Shown in pieces: positions 9,375-18,163 of a stretch of 64,000 bases of DNA. A program made the translations under genes and the position numbers. A model generated the notes under the pieces. That model was not told the origin of the DNA, did not search any database, and saw only the letters and a list, made by a program, of their open reading frames with translations. Positions within the stretch are counted from its first letter, which is position 1; each line of letters begins with the position of its first letter. Source of the DNA: Candidatus Omnitrophota bacterium (GTDB lineage Bacteria; Omnitrophota; Gorgyraeia; Gygaellales; Profunditerraquicolaceae); assembly GCA_028712175.1 (NCBI GenBank), contig JAQTQQ010000003.1:71093-135092 (forward strand), in the 5' to 3' direction.

Positions 9375-10466
9375 ATGCAGCATAGAATAACCCTTATTCC
9401 AGGAGACGGCATTGGTTATGAAGTTTCGCTTGCAGCTACGCGATGCATAGAGGCTTGCGGCGTAGATATTAAATGGGATAATGTGCTTGCCGGCAGCGAT
9501 GCCCTTAAAGAAACCGGAGAACTCCTTCCTGAAAGTGCGCTGGCCTCAATAAGAAAAAATAAAGTAGCCCTCAAGGGGCCGATTACTACCCCCATAGGTA
9601 CCGGTTTTCGTTCGGTTAATGTCGCAATTCGGCATGCTTTGGATCTTTATGCCTGCTTGCGCCCGGCGAAAAGCTATGTCGGGGTGAAGAGCAGGTTTAA
9701 AGATATCGATTTAATCATTGTCAGGGAGAATAGCGAAGATCTTTATGCGGGCATCGAATATGAAGAAGGAAAGCCGGAAACTTTAGGCTTGATTGAAAGG
9801 ATAAAAAGAGATACGAATAAGGTTATCCGTCTTGATTCCGGTATCTCTATTAAACCTATATCCGAATTTGCCTCTGAAAGGATTGTAAGATTTGCCTTTG
9901 AGTACGCTTTAAAGAATAAGCGTAAGAAAGTTACTTGTGTGCATAAGGCTAATATCATGAAATTTAGCGATGGGCTATTCTTGAAAACGGCCCGTCAGGT
10001 TGCCTCCGAATTCTCCTCAAAAGTAGTTTTTGATGAAGCGATTGTCGATAATATGGCCATGCAACTGGTACAAAAGCCGCATAATTATGATGTTTTAGTC
10101 CTGCCTAATCTTTACGGGGATATTGTTTCTGATCTTTGTGCCGGCCTTGTTGGAGGCTTGGGGGTTGCCCCTGGGGCAAATATCGGCTCTGACATGGCAG
10201 TATTTGAGGCAGTGCATGGATCTGCGCCAAAATATAAAGGTAAAAATAAAGTCAATCCTACCGCGATGATTTTATCCGGTGCTTTAATGTTGCGTTATAT
10301 CGGAGAAAATAAGGCGGCGGATATTTTAGAGGAAGCGGTGAAAGAGGTAATTGCCGAAGGTAAATTAGTAACCTATGATTTAAAACCTGATCCATCTGAC
10401 CCGTCTGCTGTCGGCACCCTAGAGATGTCTGATGCCATTATCAGCAAAATAAAGGAAAATTTATAA
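9375..10466 (+). CDS. 3-isopropylmalate/isocitrate dehydrogenase family enzyme (LeuB-like)
   Basis: 363 aa with the beta-decarboxylating dehydrogenase signature (LIPGDGIGYEV, NLYGDIVSDL). Confidence 0.75.
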   Translation: MQHRITLIPGDGIGYEVSLAATRCIEACGVDIKWDNVLAGSDALKETGELLPESALASIRKNKVALKGPITTPIGTGFRSVNVAIRHALDLYACLRPAKSYVGVKSRFKDIDLIIVRENSEDLYAGIEYEEGKPETLGLIERIKRDTNKVIRLDSGISIKPISEFASERIVRFAFEYALKNKRKKVTCVHKANIMKFSDGLFLKTARQVASEFSSKVVFDEAIVDNMAMQLVQKPHNYDVLVLPNLYGDIVSDLCAGLVGGLGVAPGANIGSDMAVFEAVHGSAPKYKGKNKVNPTAMILSGALMLRYIGENKAADILEEAVKEVIAEGKLVTYDLKPDPSDPSAVGTLEMSDAIISKIKENL

Positions 10467-10470
10467 TTTT

Positions 10471-11391
10471 ATGAAAATATCGATTATTGGCGCCGGAAAT
10501 GTCGGAAGTTTAAGCGCCATGCGTATCGCCAGTGACGGCCTTGGGGATGTTTTTCTTATTGATGTAGTAAAAGGGCTTGCGCACGGCAAGGCTTTGGATT
10601 TAGAGGATGCCCGCCCGCTTTTAAAATATAATTATAATATCAATGGCAGCGATGATATTGGAAATGTCAAAGATTCCGATATTATTGTCATTACTGCCGG
10701 ACTTGCGCGTAAGCCCGGTATGAGCCGGGAAGAACTGTTGGTAAAAAATGCCCAAATTTTAAAAAGCATCTGTTTAGGGATTAAAGAGTTAGCGAAAAAG
10801 GCAATAGTAGTAGTGGTAACTAACCCTTTGGACATTATGACATATTACGCTTTAAAAATTACGGGATTTAAACCGTCCAAAGTTTTTGGTATGGGGATTA
10901 GTTTGGATACCGCCAGATTTGTTAATTTAATTGCCCAAGAATTAAATTTGCCGGTCACTGATATTGAGGCAATGGTAATAGGCGCCCATGGCGAGAACAT
11001 GCTTCCGCTGCCCGGTTTTTCCAAGGTAAAAGGCGTCTCTTTGGATGAGTTTATCAGTGATGATAAAGTTAAATTGTTAGTTAACCGTACTATTTCTAGA
11101 GGAGCAGAGATTGTTGCAAACCTGGGTACAGGGAGCGCATATTTTGCTCCGTCCGCTGCGATTGCCTGTATTGTGAAAACTATGGTAAAAGATGAAAAAC
11201 GCACTATCGGCTTGTGTAGTTATTTAAGCGGACAGTATGGCATTAAAGATGCCTGTATAGGCGTGCCTTGCCGTTTAGGCAAGAACGGAATCGAACAGGT
11301 CATAGAGCTGGATATTTCGCAGGAAGAAAAAGCTAAGCTTGAGAAATCAGCAATGCTGGTGGCAAGCGCAACGGCACAATTAATTGCATAA
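10471..11391 (+). CDS. mdh: Malate/lactate dehydrogenase (LDH-like MDH family)
   Basis: N-terminal Rossmann motif KISIIGAGNVG. Catalytic GAHGENMLPL region. 306 aa. Confidence 0.75.
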   Translation: MKISIIGAGNVGSLSAMRIASDGLGDVFLIDVVKGLAHGKALDLEDARPLLKYNYNINGSDDIGNVKDSDIIVITAGLARKPGMSREELLVKNAQILKSICLGIKELAKKAIVVVVTNPLDIMTYYALKITGFKPSKVFGMGISLDTARFVNLIAQELNLPVTDIEAMVIGAHGENMLPLPGFSKVKGVSLDEFISDDKVKLLVNRTISRGAEIVANLGTGSAYFAPSAAIACIVKTMVKDEKRTIGLCSYLSGQYGIKDACIGVPCRLGKNGIEQVIELDISQEEKAKLEKSAMLVASATAQLIA

Positions 11392-11394
11392 CTT

Positions 11395-12690
11395 ATGCCT
11401 AAATATGATCTGGCTGTTATCGGAGCGGGTTGGGCGGGTTATAACGCTGCCATTAAGGCAAAAGAGCTTGGCCTCAAGGTTTGCCTTATTGAAAAAGACC
11501 GGATCGGAGGCACCTGCTTAAATTACGGCTGCATACCTACCAAAATACTAATTCAATCCGCAAAAATATTTTTACAAGCCTTAAAATCGAAAACCTTTGG
11601 CGTAGAATTAGAGAATCCCCGGGTTAATTTCGGACAAATCCAGCAGAGAAAAGATAAAATTATAAGCTTGCTTGCGCAGGGAATGCAAAGCCGGCTTAAA
11701 GGCATTGATTTTATCAAAACAGGCGCACAAATTATTTCTCCCGGACGGATAAAAATTGAAAGCGGGGAGATCCAGGCAAAATTCATACTTATTGCTTCCG
11801 GGAGCCGCCCCGTTGAACTGGCGGGAGAAATAATTGATAGTGATAAAATAATTTCAAGCAATGAGGCCCTTTCGTTAACGGATCTTCCTGAGTCCTTGTT
11901 AATTGTCGGAGGGGGGTTCATCGGTTGTGAATTCGCCGGTTTATTCTCGGCTTTAGGCAGCCAGGTAACTATCGCCGAGAGAATGCCCTTGCTCTTGCCT
12001 GGCCAGGACAGCCAGATTAGCAGAAAGATCGAAGTAATTTTTAACAAAAAAGGGATTAAGGTTTCTTGCGGCGCAGATATATCCAGCTTTAATTTAAATA
12101 ATTATTCCCATATTCTGGCATGTTTGGGGAGGGCTCCCAATATTTCGGATTTAGGCCTGGATAGTCTGGGTTTAAAATTAGAAAATAACAGGATAGCCGT
12201 TGATGGCTACCTGAAGACCAGTGTTGATAATATATATGCTGCCGGAGATTGTGCCTCAAAGTTAATGCTTGCTCATTATGCAGCATATCAGGGTGCTCTT
12301 GCCGTTGAAAACATAATTTCCGATAATAGCCATAAAGCGGACAATTTTATTGTCCCGGCTTGCGTATTTACCGAACCGCAAATTTCTTCCGTGGGAATGA
12401 GTGAAGAAAACGCAGCAGATGCGGGAATAAAGATAAAGGTGCATAAATTCGATTTTCGCGCATCTGCAATGGCGCATGTTATTGATGAGGCGGAGGGGTT
12501 TATCAAGATTATCAGTAATTTGGAAACCCAAGAGGTCGTTGGTGCCTGCATGATCGGCCCGGGCGCCTGTGAATTAATCGCAGTGCCTACGATGGCAATC
12601 TCAGCGCGTCTAAATATCAAGCAGTTGCGGGAAATGATATTTGCGCATCCTACTCTTTCTGAAAGTTTGCGTGAAACTATAAATAACTAG
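11395..12690 (+). CDS. lpd: Dihydrolipoyl dehydrogenase-like flavoprotein disulfide reductase
   Basis: FAD-binding motif GAGWAGY. Redox-active disulfide GGTCLNYGCIPTK. C-terminal HPTLSE dimerisation motif. Confidence 0.7.
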   Translation: MPKYDLAVIGAGWAGYNAAIKAKELGLKVCLIEKDRIGGTCLNYGCIPTKILIQSAKIFLQALKSKTFGVELENPRVNFGQIQQRKDKIISLLAQGMQSRLKGIDFIKTGAQIISPGRIKIESGEIQAKFILIASGSRPVELAGEIIDSDKIISSNEALSLTDLPESLLIVGGGFIGCEFAGLFSALGSQVTIAERMPLLLPGQDSQISRKIEVIFNKKGIKVSCGADISSFNLNNYSHILACLGRAPNISDLGLDSLGLKLENNRIAVDGYLKTSVDNIYAAGDCASKLMLAHYAAYQGALAVENIISDNSHKADNFIVPACVFTEPQISSVGMSEENAADAGIKIKVHKFDFRASAMAHVIDEAEGFIKIISNLETQEVVGACMIGPGACELIAVPTMAISARLNIKQLREMIFAHPTLSESLRETINN

Positions 12691-12700
12691 GGAGGCTTTT

Positions 12701-12937
12701 ATGGTTAAAGTCGTTTTACCGGAATTAGGAGAAGGAATAACAAAGGCGACTGTAACGTATTGGTTTTTTAAAGACGGAGAGATGGTTCATCAAAATGATG
12801 ACCTAGTTGAGCTAACGACCGATAAATCTACATTTAATTTACCCAGCCCCTGTACAGGAATAATCTCTGAAATAACCTATAGTGAAGGCTCAAGCGTAAA
12901 CGTGGGCCAAATTCTGGCTGTGATTAATGAAAGCTGA
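12701..12937 (+). CDS. Stand-alone lipoyl/biotinyl attachment domain protein (78 aa)
   Basis: Single hybrid-barrel domain with a candidate lipoyl-lysine in ...VELTTDKSTFNLPSP... (ETDKA-like). There is no E2 catalytic domain. Confidence 0.65.
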   Translation: MVKVVLPELGEGITKATVTYWFFKDGEMVHQNDDLVELTTDKSTFNLPSPCTGIISEITYSEGSSVNVGQILAVINES

Positions 12938-12956
12938 TTTGGTCGAAAGCCCAAAG

Positions 12957-13120
12957 TTTATGGTCTATGAAAATTATCATTTAGCTCTTAGCTCATAGAA
13001 AACCATAACATCAACTAAATAGCTGGGGACGCTCTATTTATAAAAATAAATAGTAACGTCCCCGAATTTTTAATTTACATAGATTTTCTACGACCTAAGG
13101 GCTACGAGCTAAGAGCTAAA
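12957..13120. repeat. Palindromic intergenic element with inverted arms built from GAGCTAM heptamers
   Basis: Left arm 12981-13000 is ttagctcttagctcatagaa. Right arm 13084-13119 is ttctacgacctaagggctacgagctaagagctaa. The reverse complement of the left arm matches the right arm. A central hairpin lies at 13025-13063. Confidence 0.5.
13025..13075 (+). terminator. Rho-independent terminator (GGGGACG-stem family)
   Basis: ggggacgctctatttat-aaaa-ataaatagtaacgtcccc hairpin followed by gaatttttaattt. Lies downstream of the lipoyl-domain gene. Confidence 0.5.
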
Positions 13121-13160
13121 AAGCGCTAATATCCAAATATCGGATAAAACCACATTATCA

Positions 13161-13189
13161 TTGACAATAATAGGCTTATAAGGTAAATT
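13161..13189 (+). promoter_or_regulatory. sigma70-type promoter (TTGACA-17-TAAATT)
   Basis: TTGACA at 13161-13166. Spacer is 17 nt. TAAATT at 13184-13189. The HD-GYP gene starts 7 nt downstream. Confidence 0.45.
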
Positions 13190-13195
13190 AAAAAA

Positions 13196-14362
13196 ATGGC
13201 GATAGATTATAAAAAGGAATTAGAAAATGCAGCCAGGAACATGATTTTTGTGCACGACCCTGATCTTTTGATTAAGATGATCGTGCGCATGATGGTCAAT
13301 AAGGCCAAAATTACCCACGCCAGTTTTTTCCTGTACAATAGAGAAAAACAAGGCTACATGCTTATGGTTTCCAAAGGTTCCTTAGGTAAACGCATACCCT
13401 TGGATTTAATCTGTATCGATAAAGACGATGTCTTGATCCATTTCTTTAGAGAGCATAAAAGCAGTTTTATTTTTGGGCGCGAGGCCCTGCTTTATAGTGA
13501 AGCAAAATCCGCATTAGAAAACCTTAAAATTAAGCAGGAAACTAAACAGCAGCTTGCGCAAGTTCTTTATCAAATGGAACTTTTAGAAACTGTAGTTTGC
13601 ATTCCCAGCTATTTTCGCGGCGAATTACTCGGTATTTTATTGTTAGGCAAGAAAGAAAACGGAAGGAAATTTTTTGATGAAGAGCTGGATTTTTTTGTCG
13701 CCCTTAATTCTAACGTAGCAATGGCAATCAGAAATGCCCAATTGTTTAAAGAGCTAGAGTATCAACTGGACCGTAAGCATCAGCTTTTTGTGCGTACTAC
13801 CGTAGCTTTGGCTGCGGCTATCGAAGCAAAAGACCACTATACCCATGGACACACTACACGGGTAACAAATCTAAGCATAGAGATAGCTCAAAGGATTGCT
13901 GAAAAGAATAAAAATGAATTCGATGCAAAATTCTTAGAGAATCTGCATATTGCAAGCCTTCTACATGATATTGGTAAAATTGGCGTGCCGGAGCATATCT
14001 TGAATAAGAGGGGGGGATTAACTATCGGCGAACGCAATCGCATTAAGGAGCATCCCATGATTGGGGTTAATATTCTAAAGCCGATTAAAGAGCTGGAGGG
14101 TTCTTTGCTGGGAGTCAGGTACCACCATGAACGGTTTGACGGTAAAGGTTATCCTGAAGGGATATGCGGAAAGCAAATTCCTTTAGTTGCTTCTATAATT
14201 TCGGTGGCAGATTCTTTTGATGCAATGAATACTAACCGGCCGTACCGCTCGGCGCTTGATAAACATGATGCGATTCATGAGATCGGCAGTTTAAGCGGCA
14301 AGCAGTTTTCCCCTCTTGTTACTGATGCTTTTTTAGAGCTCTGCAAGGAAGGTAAATTTTAA
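13196..14362 (+). CDS. HD-GYP domain c-di-GMP phosphodiesterase with N-terminal GAF-like domain
   Basis: HDIGKIGVPEHIL...YHHERFDGKGYPEG motifs of HD-GYP. The N-terminal roughly 190 aa is GAF-like. Confidence 0.8.
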   Translation: MAIDYKKELENAARNMIFVHDPDLLIKMIVRMMVNKAKITHASFFLYNREKQGYMLMVSKGSLGKRIPLDLICIDKDDVLIHFFREHKSSFIFGREALLYSEAKSALENLKIKQETKQQLAQVLYQMELLETVVCIPSYFRGELLGILLLGKKENGRKFFDEELDFFVALNSNVAMAIRNAQLFKELEYQLDRKHQLFVRTTVALAAAIEAKDHYTHGHTTRVTNLSIEIAQRIAEKNKNEFDAKFLENLHIASLLHDIGKIGVPEHILNKRGGLTIGERNRIKEHPMIGVNILKPIKELEGSLLGVRYHHERFDGKGYPEGICGKQIPLVASIISVADSFDAMNTNRPYRSALDKHDAIHEIGSLSGKQFSPLVTDAFLELCKEGKF

Positions 14363-14368
14363 TTCCCC

Positions 14369-15484
14369 ATGCATCCTAAGCGTATAATTTTGATGTATAT
14401 CTCCGAAGTTTCAGGCCACAGAAGCGCTACCATGGCTATCGAGAAGGCAGTAAAACAGCTCCGTCCTGATACCGAAATCATGAATATCAATGCTTTTAAT
14501 TATACTAATCCGATATCCGAGAAAGTTATAAACCGCATTTATATGGAGGTAATTAAGCACACCCCTAAAATCTGGGATTATCTCTATGATAACCCGAGCG
14601 TAGTCAAGGGGCTGGATAAAATCAAGAAGCATGTCCATAAATCCAACTCTCCTAAACTTAAAAAACTTTTCGATAAATTTAACCCTGATTTAATAGTATG
14701 CACGCAGGCGTTTCCATGCGGGATGGTTGCTGATTATAAGAAGACTTATGGTGTAAATCTGCCGTTGGTAGCCGTGCTTACCGATTATATACCGCATTCT
14801 TATTGGGTGTATAATTCGGTAGATTATTATATAACTCCTTCGGAGGATGTTTCAGAGCGCCTGGAGAAAAAAGGCGTAGACCGTTCTAAGATTAAGGCAT
14901 ACGGGATTCCCTTTGATCATAAGTTTAATCAAAAGTTTGATGAGGAGAAAGTTTACCATAAATTAGGGTTAGATTCTAAAAAACCCGTGGTCTTGATTAT
15001 GGGAGGCGGCCAAGGATTAGGCCCAATTAAAACTATCGTCAAGTCCTTAGAAAAAAGTAAACATGATATTCAGGAGTTAATCGTTGCTGGAACAAATAAA
15101 AAACTGTTCTCCAGCTTAAAGCGCAGGATAAAACATTATAAAAAAGACATCCGCCTGTTTGGTTTTATACATAATATTCATGAATTAATGCATATCTCTA
15201 ATGTAATAATATCCAAGCCGGGGGGAGTAACTACTGCTGAAGTTTTAAGCATAGGGCTGCCGATGGTCATTGTTAAGCCTATCCCCGGGCAAGAGGTTAA
15301 CAATACTAATTTTTTGACGCAGAAAGGCGCGGCGGTTAAAGTAGACGACCCCAAAGATGCGTATAAATTTATTGATGAATTACTAAGCGATAAAGCAAAG
15401 TTAGAGCGGTTTAAATTGGCAGCATCTAAAATTGCTAAGCCCAATGCAAGTATGGATATCGCTAACCTCCTGTTGAGTTTATAA
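14369..15484 (+). CDS. GT28-family glycolipid synthase (MGDG synthase / processive diacylglycerol glycosyltransferase-like)
   Basis: 371 aa with an N-terminal MGDG_synth-like region and a C-terminal GT-B nucleotide-sugar-binding region (...GGGQGLGP...). Confidence 0.7.
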   Translation: MHPKRIILMYISEVSGHRSATMAIEKAVKQLRPDTEIMNINAFNYTNPISEKVINRIYMEVIKHTPKIWDYLYDNPSVVKGLDKIKKHVHKSNSPKLKKLFDKFNPDLIVCTQAFPCGMVADYKKTYGVNLPLVAVLTDYIPHSYWVYNSVDYYITPSEDVSERLEKKGVDRSKIKAYGIPFDHKFNQKFDEEKVYHKLGLDSKKPVVLIMGGGQGLGPIKTIVKSLEKSKHDIQELIVAGTNKKLFSSLKRRIKHYKKDIRLFGFIHNIHELMHISNVIISKPGGVTTAEVLSIGLPMVIVKPIPGQEVNNTNFLTQKGAAVKVDDPKDAYKFIDELLSDKAKLERFKLAASKIAKPNASMDIANLLLSL

Positions 15485-15486
15485 CT

Positions 15487-16344
15487 GTGTTAAATTATTA
15501 TTTATACCGCTTAGGCCAATTTATCGCAGTTTCTTTACCGTTGAAACTTGTTTATGCTATCGCCGTTATCTTAGCAGACCTGCATTATGTTTTTGCTTTT
15601 CGCGACAGGAGGTTTGTTAAAAATAACCTGAGGGTTATTTTTCCGCAAGAGGAAAATCGGGTTTTACGCAGGATAAGCCGCAGAGTTTTTCGAAATTTTG
15701 CAAAATACCTTGTAGATTTCTTCCGTTTTGATAAGCTGGACCTTGGATATATAAATAAAAAAGTAAAATTAGAAAATCTTCATTATTTCGATGATGCCAT
15801 AGCCAAAGGGAAGGGAGTGATTGTTCTCACCGCCCATCTTGGTAATTGGGAGCTGGGAGGGGTAGTTATTGCTCTCTTGGGATATCCTTTTTGGGCGGTT
15901 GCCCTGCCGCATAAAAATAAAAAAGTTAATGACTTTTTTGATGCCCGGAGGAACGGAAAAGGTGTCAAGGTAATCGCTATGGGTAAGGCGGTGAGGAGCT
16001 GTATTTCTGAAATCAGGAAGAACCATATGGTCGCCTTGGTAGGCGACCGTGATTTTACCGAAAAAGGGGTGATCGTCGATCTTTTTTCTAAGCCTACTCA
16101 TTTTCCCGAAGGGCCGGCGGCTTTAAGCCTGATTACCGGCGCTTCGATAGTCCCGGGTTTTATGCTTAGAAACCCGGATGATACCTTTACCTTGAGAATT
16201 GAGAGGCCAATAGAATTTTCTCCAAAGGGGGATAAGACAAAAGATCTAACCGAATTGGTAACGATTTACAAAAATATTTTCCAGGATTATATTCGCCGAT
16301 ATCCGGACCAGTGGTATGTTTTTCGCAGGTTTTGGACGGAGTAG
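15487..16344 (+). CDS. Lysophospholipid/lipid A late acyltransferase (LpxL/HtrB family)
   Basis: 285 aa with an N-terminal TM segment, an HX4D-like region (TAHLGNWE) and the LPLAT fold. Start is non-ATG per the ORF track. Confidence 0.7.
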   Translation: MLNYYLYRLGQFIAVSLPLKLVYAIAVILADLHYVFAFRDRRFVKNNLRVIFPQEENRVLRRISRRVFRNFAKYLVDFFRFDKLDLGYINKKVKLENLHYFDDAIAKGKGVIVLTAHLGNWELGGVVIALLGYPFWAVALPHKNKKVNDFFDARRNGKGVKVIAMGKAVRSCISEIRKNHMVALVGDRDFTEKGVIVDLFSKPTHFPEGPAALSLITGASIVPGFMLRNPDDTFTLRIERPIEFSPKGDKTKDLTELVTIYKNIFQDYIRRYPDQWYVFRRFWTE

Positions 16345-16346
16345 AC

Positions 16347-17024
16347 ATGCGCATTTGCGTAATTATTCCAGCTTATAACGAAGCAAAAGAAATCGCAGGC
16401 TTAATTAGGCGTATAACCGGGTTAGGCTTGGAGGTAATTATAATCGATGACGGCTCTCTGGATGATACGGCGATGATTGCCGCTTCAGCCGGGGCGAATG
16501 TTTTGCGTAATAGCTCAAATGCCGGTAAGGGGGCAGCCTTAATTAAGGGGTATAGTTATGCCGTTGCCCATGGTTTTGATGCGGTAATAAGTATGGATGG
16601 CGATGGTCAGCATTCTTGCCTTGATATAGAAACATTCATTCAAAAAGCGAAAACTTCGCCTGCCGCAGTTATTGCCGGTAACCGTATGGCAATGACTAAA
16701 GGGATGCCTGCTTTACGTGTTTTAACCAATCGTCTTATGTCGCGCCTGATTTCGTTAATTACCAAACAATATATTCCCGATACCCAGTGTGGGTTCCGCC
16801 TGATAAAAAAAGAGGTCCTTGCAGGGTTAGATTTTTCTACTACTAAATATGAGACTGAATCTGAAATTTTGATCAAGGCGGCGCGTTTAGGCTTTAAAAT
16901 TGAATCTGTCCCGGTCAAAACAATATATTCCGGACAAAAAAGCCAGATTAATCCCGTTATTGACACCTTAAGGTTTTTTCGTTTTATAATCCTTGAGTTT
17001 TTAAGGAGCTTTAAACATGCTTGA
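16347..17024 (+). CDS. GT2 polyprenol-phosphate glycosyltransferase (GtrB/dolichol-P-mannose synthase-like)
   Basis: MRICVIIPAYNE... DDGSxD ... DGDGQH motifs. Start is chosen at ATG 16347, just after the upstream stop. The ORF-track start at 16311 overlaps the previous gene. Confidence 0.8.
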   Translation: MRICVIIPAYNEAKEIAGLIRRITGLGLEVIIIDDGSLDDTAMIAASAGANVLRNSSNAGKGAALIKGYSYAVAHGFDAVISMDGDGQHSCLDIETFIQKAKTSPAAVIAGNRMAMTKGMPALRVLTNRLMSRLISLITKQYIPDTQCGFRLIKKEVLAGLDFSTTKYETESEILIKAARLGFKIESVPVKTIYSGQKSQINPVIDTLRFFRFIILEFLRSFKHA

Positions 17025-17514
17025 AATAATCCTGCATTGGGCAGGGCAGTTTCCTAAAGATTATGTAGTGATAATTGTGGGAGCGCTGCCTGTTTCGGAG
17101 CTAAGAGGCGCGATACCGCTTGCGTTATCATTCGGAATGTCTATGGAGCGTGCATTTTGGCTTTCTGTTTTAGGTAACTGTATTATTGTTGCACCTGCGC
17201 TTTTTCTTTTTGAGCCGGTCAGCGGGTTTTTAAGAAAATTTAAAATCTGGTCACGTTTTTTCGACTGGCTGTTTGAACGTACAAAAAAGAATTCTGATTC
17301 TGTGCAAAAATATGAGGCTTTGGGGCTGGCTATCCTTGTCGCTATACCGCTTCCTATGACCGGGGCATGGAGCGGGATAATTGCTGCCTCTCTTTTTAAG
17401 ATTCGTTTTCGCTATGCGTTTGCCGCAATAATTACCGGCATATTTTGCGCGGGGCTTATTGTTTCGGCATTATGTTCTTTGGGCATATTAAGTTGGAAGG
17501 CGGTTAGCGGATGA
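17017..17514 (+). CDS. Small multi-TM membrane protein (COG2426/small multidrug export-like)
   Basis: 165 aa with four predicted TM helices and an ...ALPVSELRGAIPLAL... motif. Co-transcribed with GT2. Confidence 0.5.
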   Translation: MLEIILHWAGQFPKDYVVIIVGALPVSELRGAIPLALSFGMSMERAFWLSVLGNCIIVAPALFLFEPVSGFLRKFKIWSRFFDWLFERTKKNSDSVQKYEALGLAILVAIPLPMTGAWSGIIAASLFKIRFRYAFAAIITGIFCAGLIVSALCSLGILSWKAVSG

Positions 17515-18014
17515 TCCAGGTATATACAGGTAATGGTAAAGGTAAGACTACTGCTTCAATCGGTTTAGCTTTAAGGGCCGCAGGAGCAGGAAAGAATGTT
17601 TATATCGCGCAATTTGCCAAGGGCCGCCTTTACAGCGAAATAAAGGCACTTAGGAGATTTAACAATATTAAAGTGGAGCAATTCGGCAGGCGTTGTTTTA
17701 TAAAGAAAACTCCGGAAAGAGTTGATATTCAGATGGCTAATAAAGGGTTAAAGCGCGCCGGCGAAATTATTTCTAAAAAGAAGTTTCAGTTAGTCATACT
17801 GGATGAAATCAATATTGCTGTTAAGTTAAAATTACTCTCTTTAGGCGATTTGCTTAAATTAATAAAGAGCGCGCCTAGGTCTATGGAATTAATCCTTACA
17901 GGCCGTTACGCCCATCCCAAAGTTATTGGCTTAGCCGATTTAGTCAGTGAAGTCAAAGAATTGAAACATTACTATAATAAAGGCATTAAAGCACGCCGCG
18001 GAATCGAATTCTAA
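17511..18014 (+). CDS. cobO: Cob(I)yrinic acid a,c-diamide / corrinoid adenosyltransferase (CobO/BtuR family)
   Basis: MIQVYTGNGKGKTTASIGLALRAAGAG P-loop. 167 aa. Confidence 0.85.
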   Translation: MIQVYTGNGKGKTTASIGLALRAAGAGKNVYIAQFAKGRLYSEIKALRRFNNIKVEQFGRRCFIKKTPERVDIQMANKGLKRAGEIISKKKFQLVILDEINIAVKLKLLSLGDLLKLIKSAPRSMELILTGRYAHPKVIGLADLVSEVKELKHYYNKGIKARRGIEF

Positions 18015-18163
18015 CTCGAATTTACGAATTAAACTGTTGTCATGTAGCTTTAAGGCAGGGTATTTAATCCGGCAATAGCTATTTTTATCCGAATAAAAAA
18101 TTTTGTTTATCTTAAGATTAACCGGCCAGCGGGGTTTGAATTTCTTGGGAGGCCCGGATAAAG

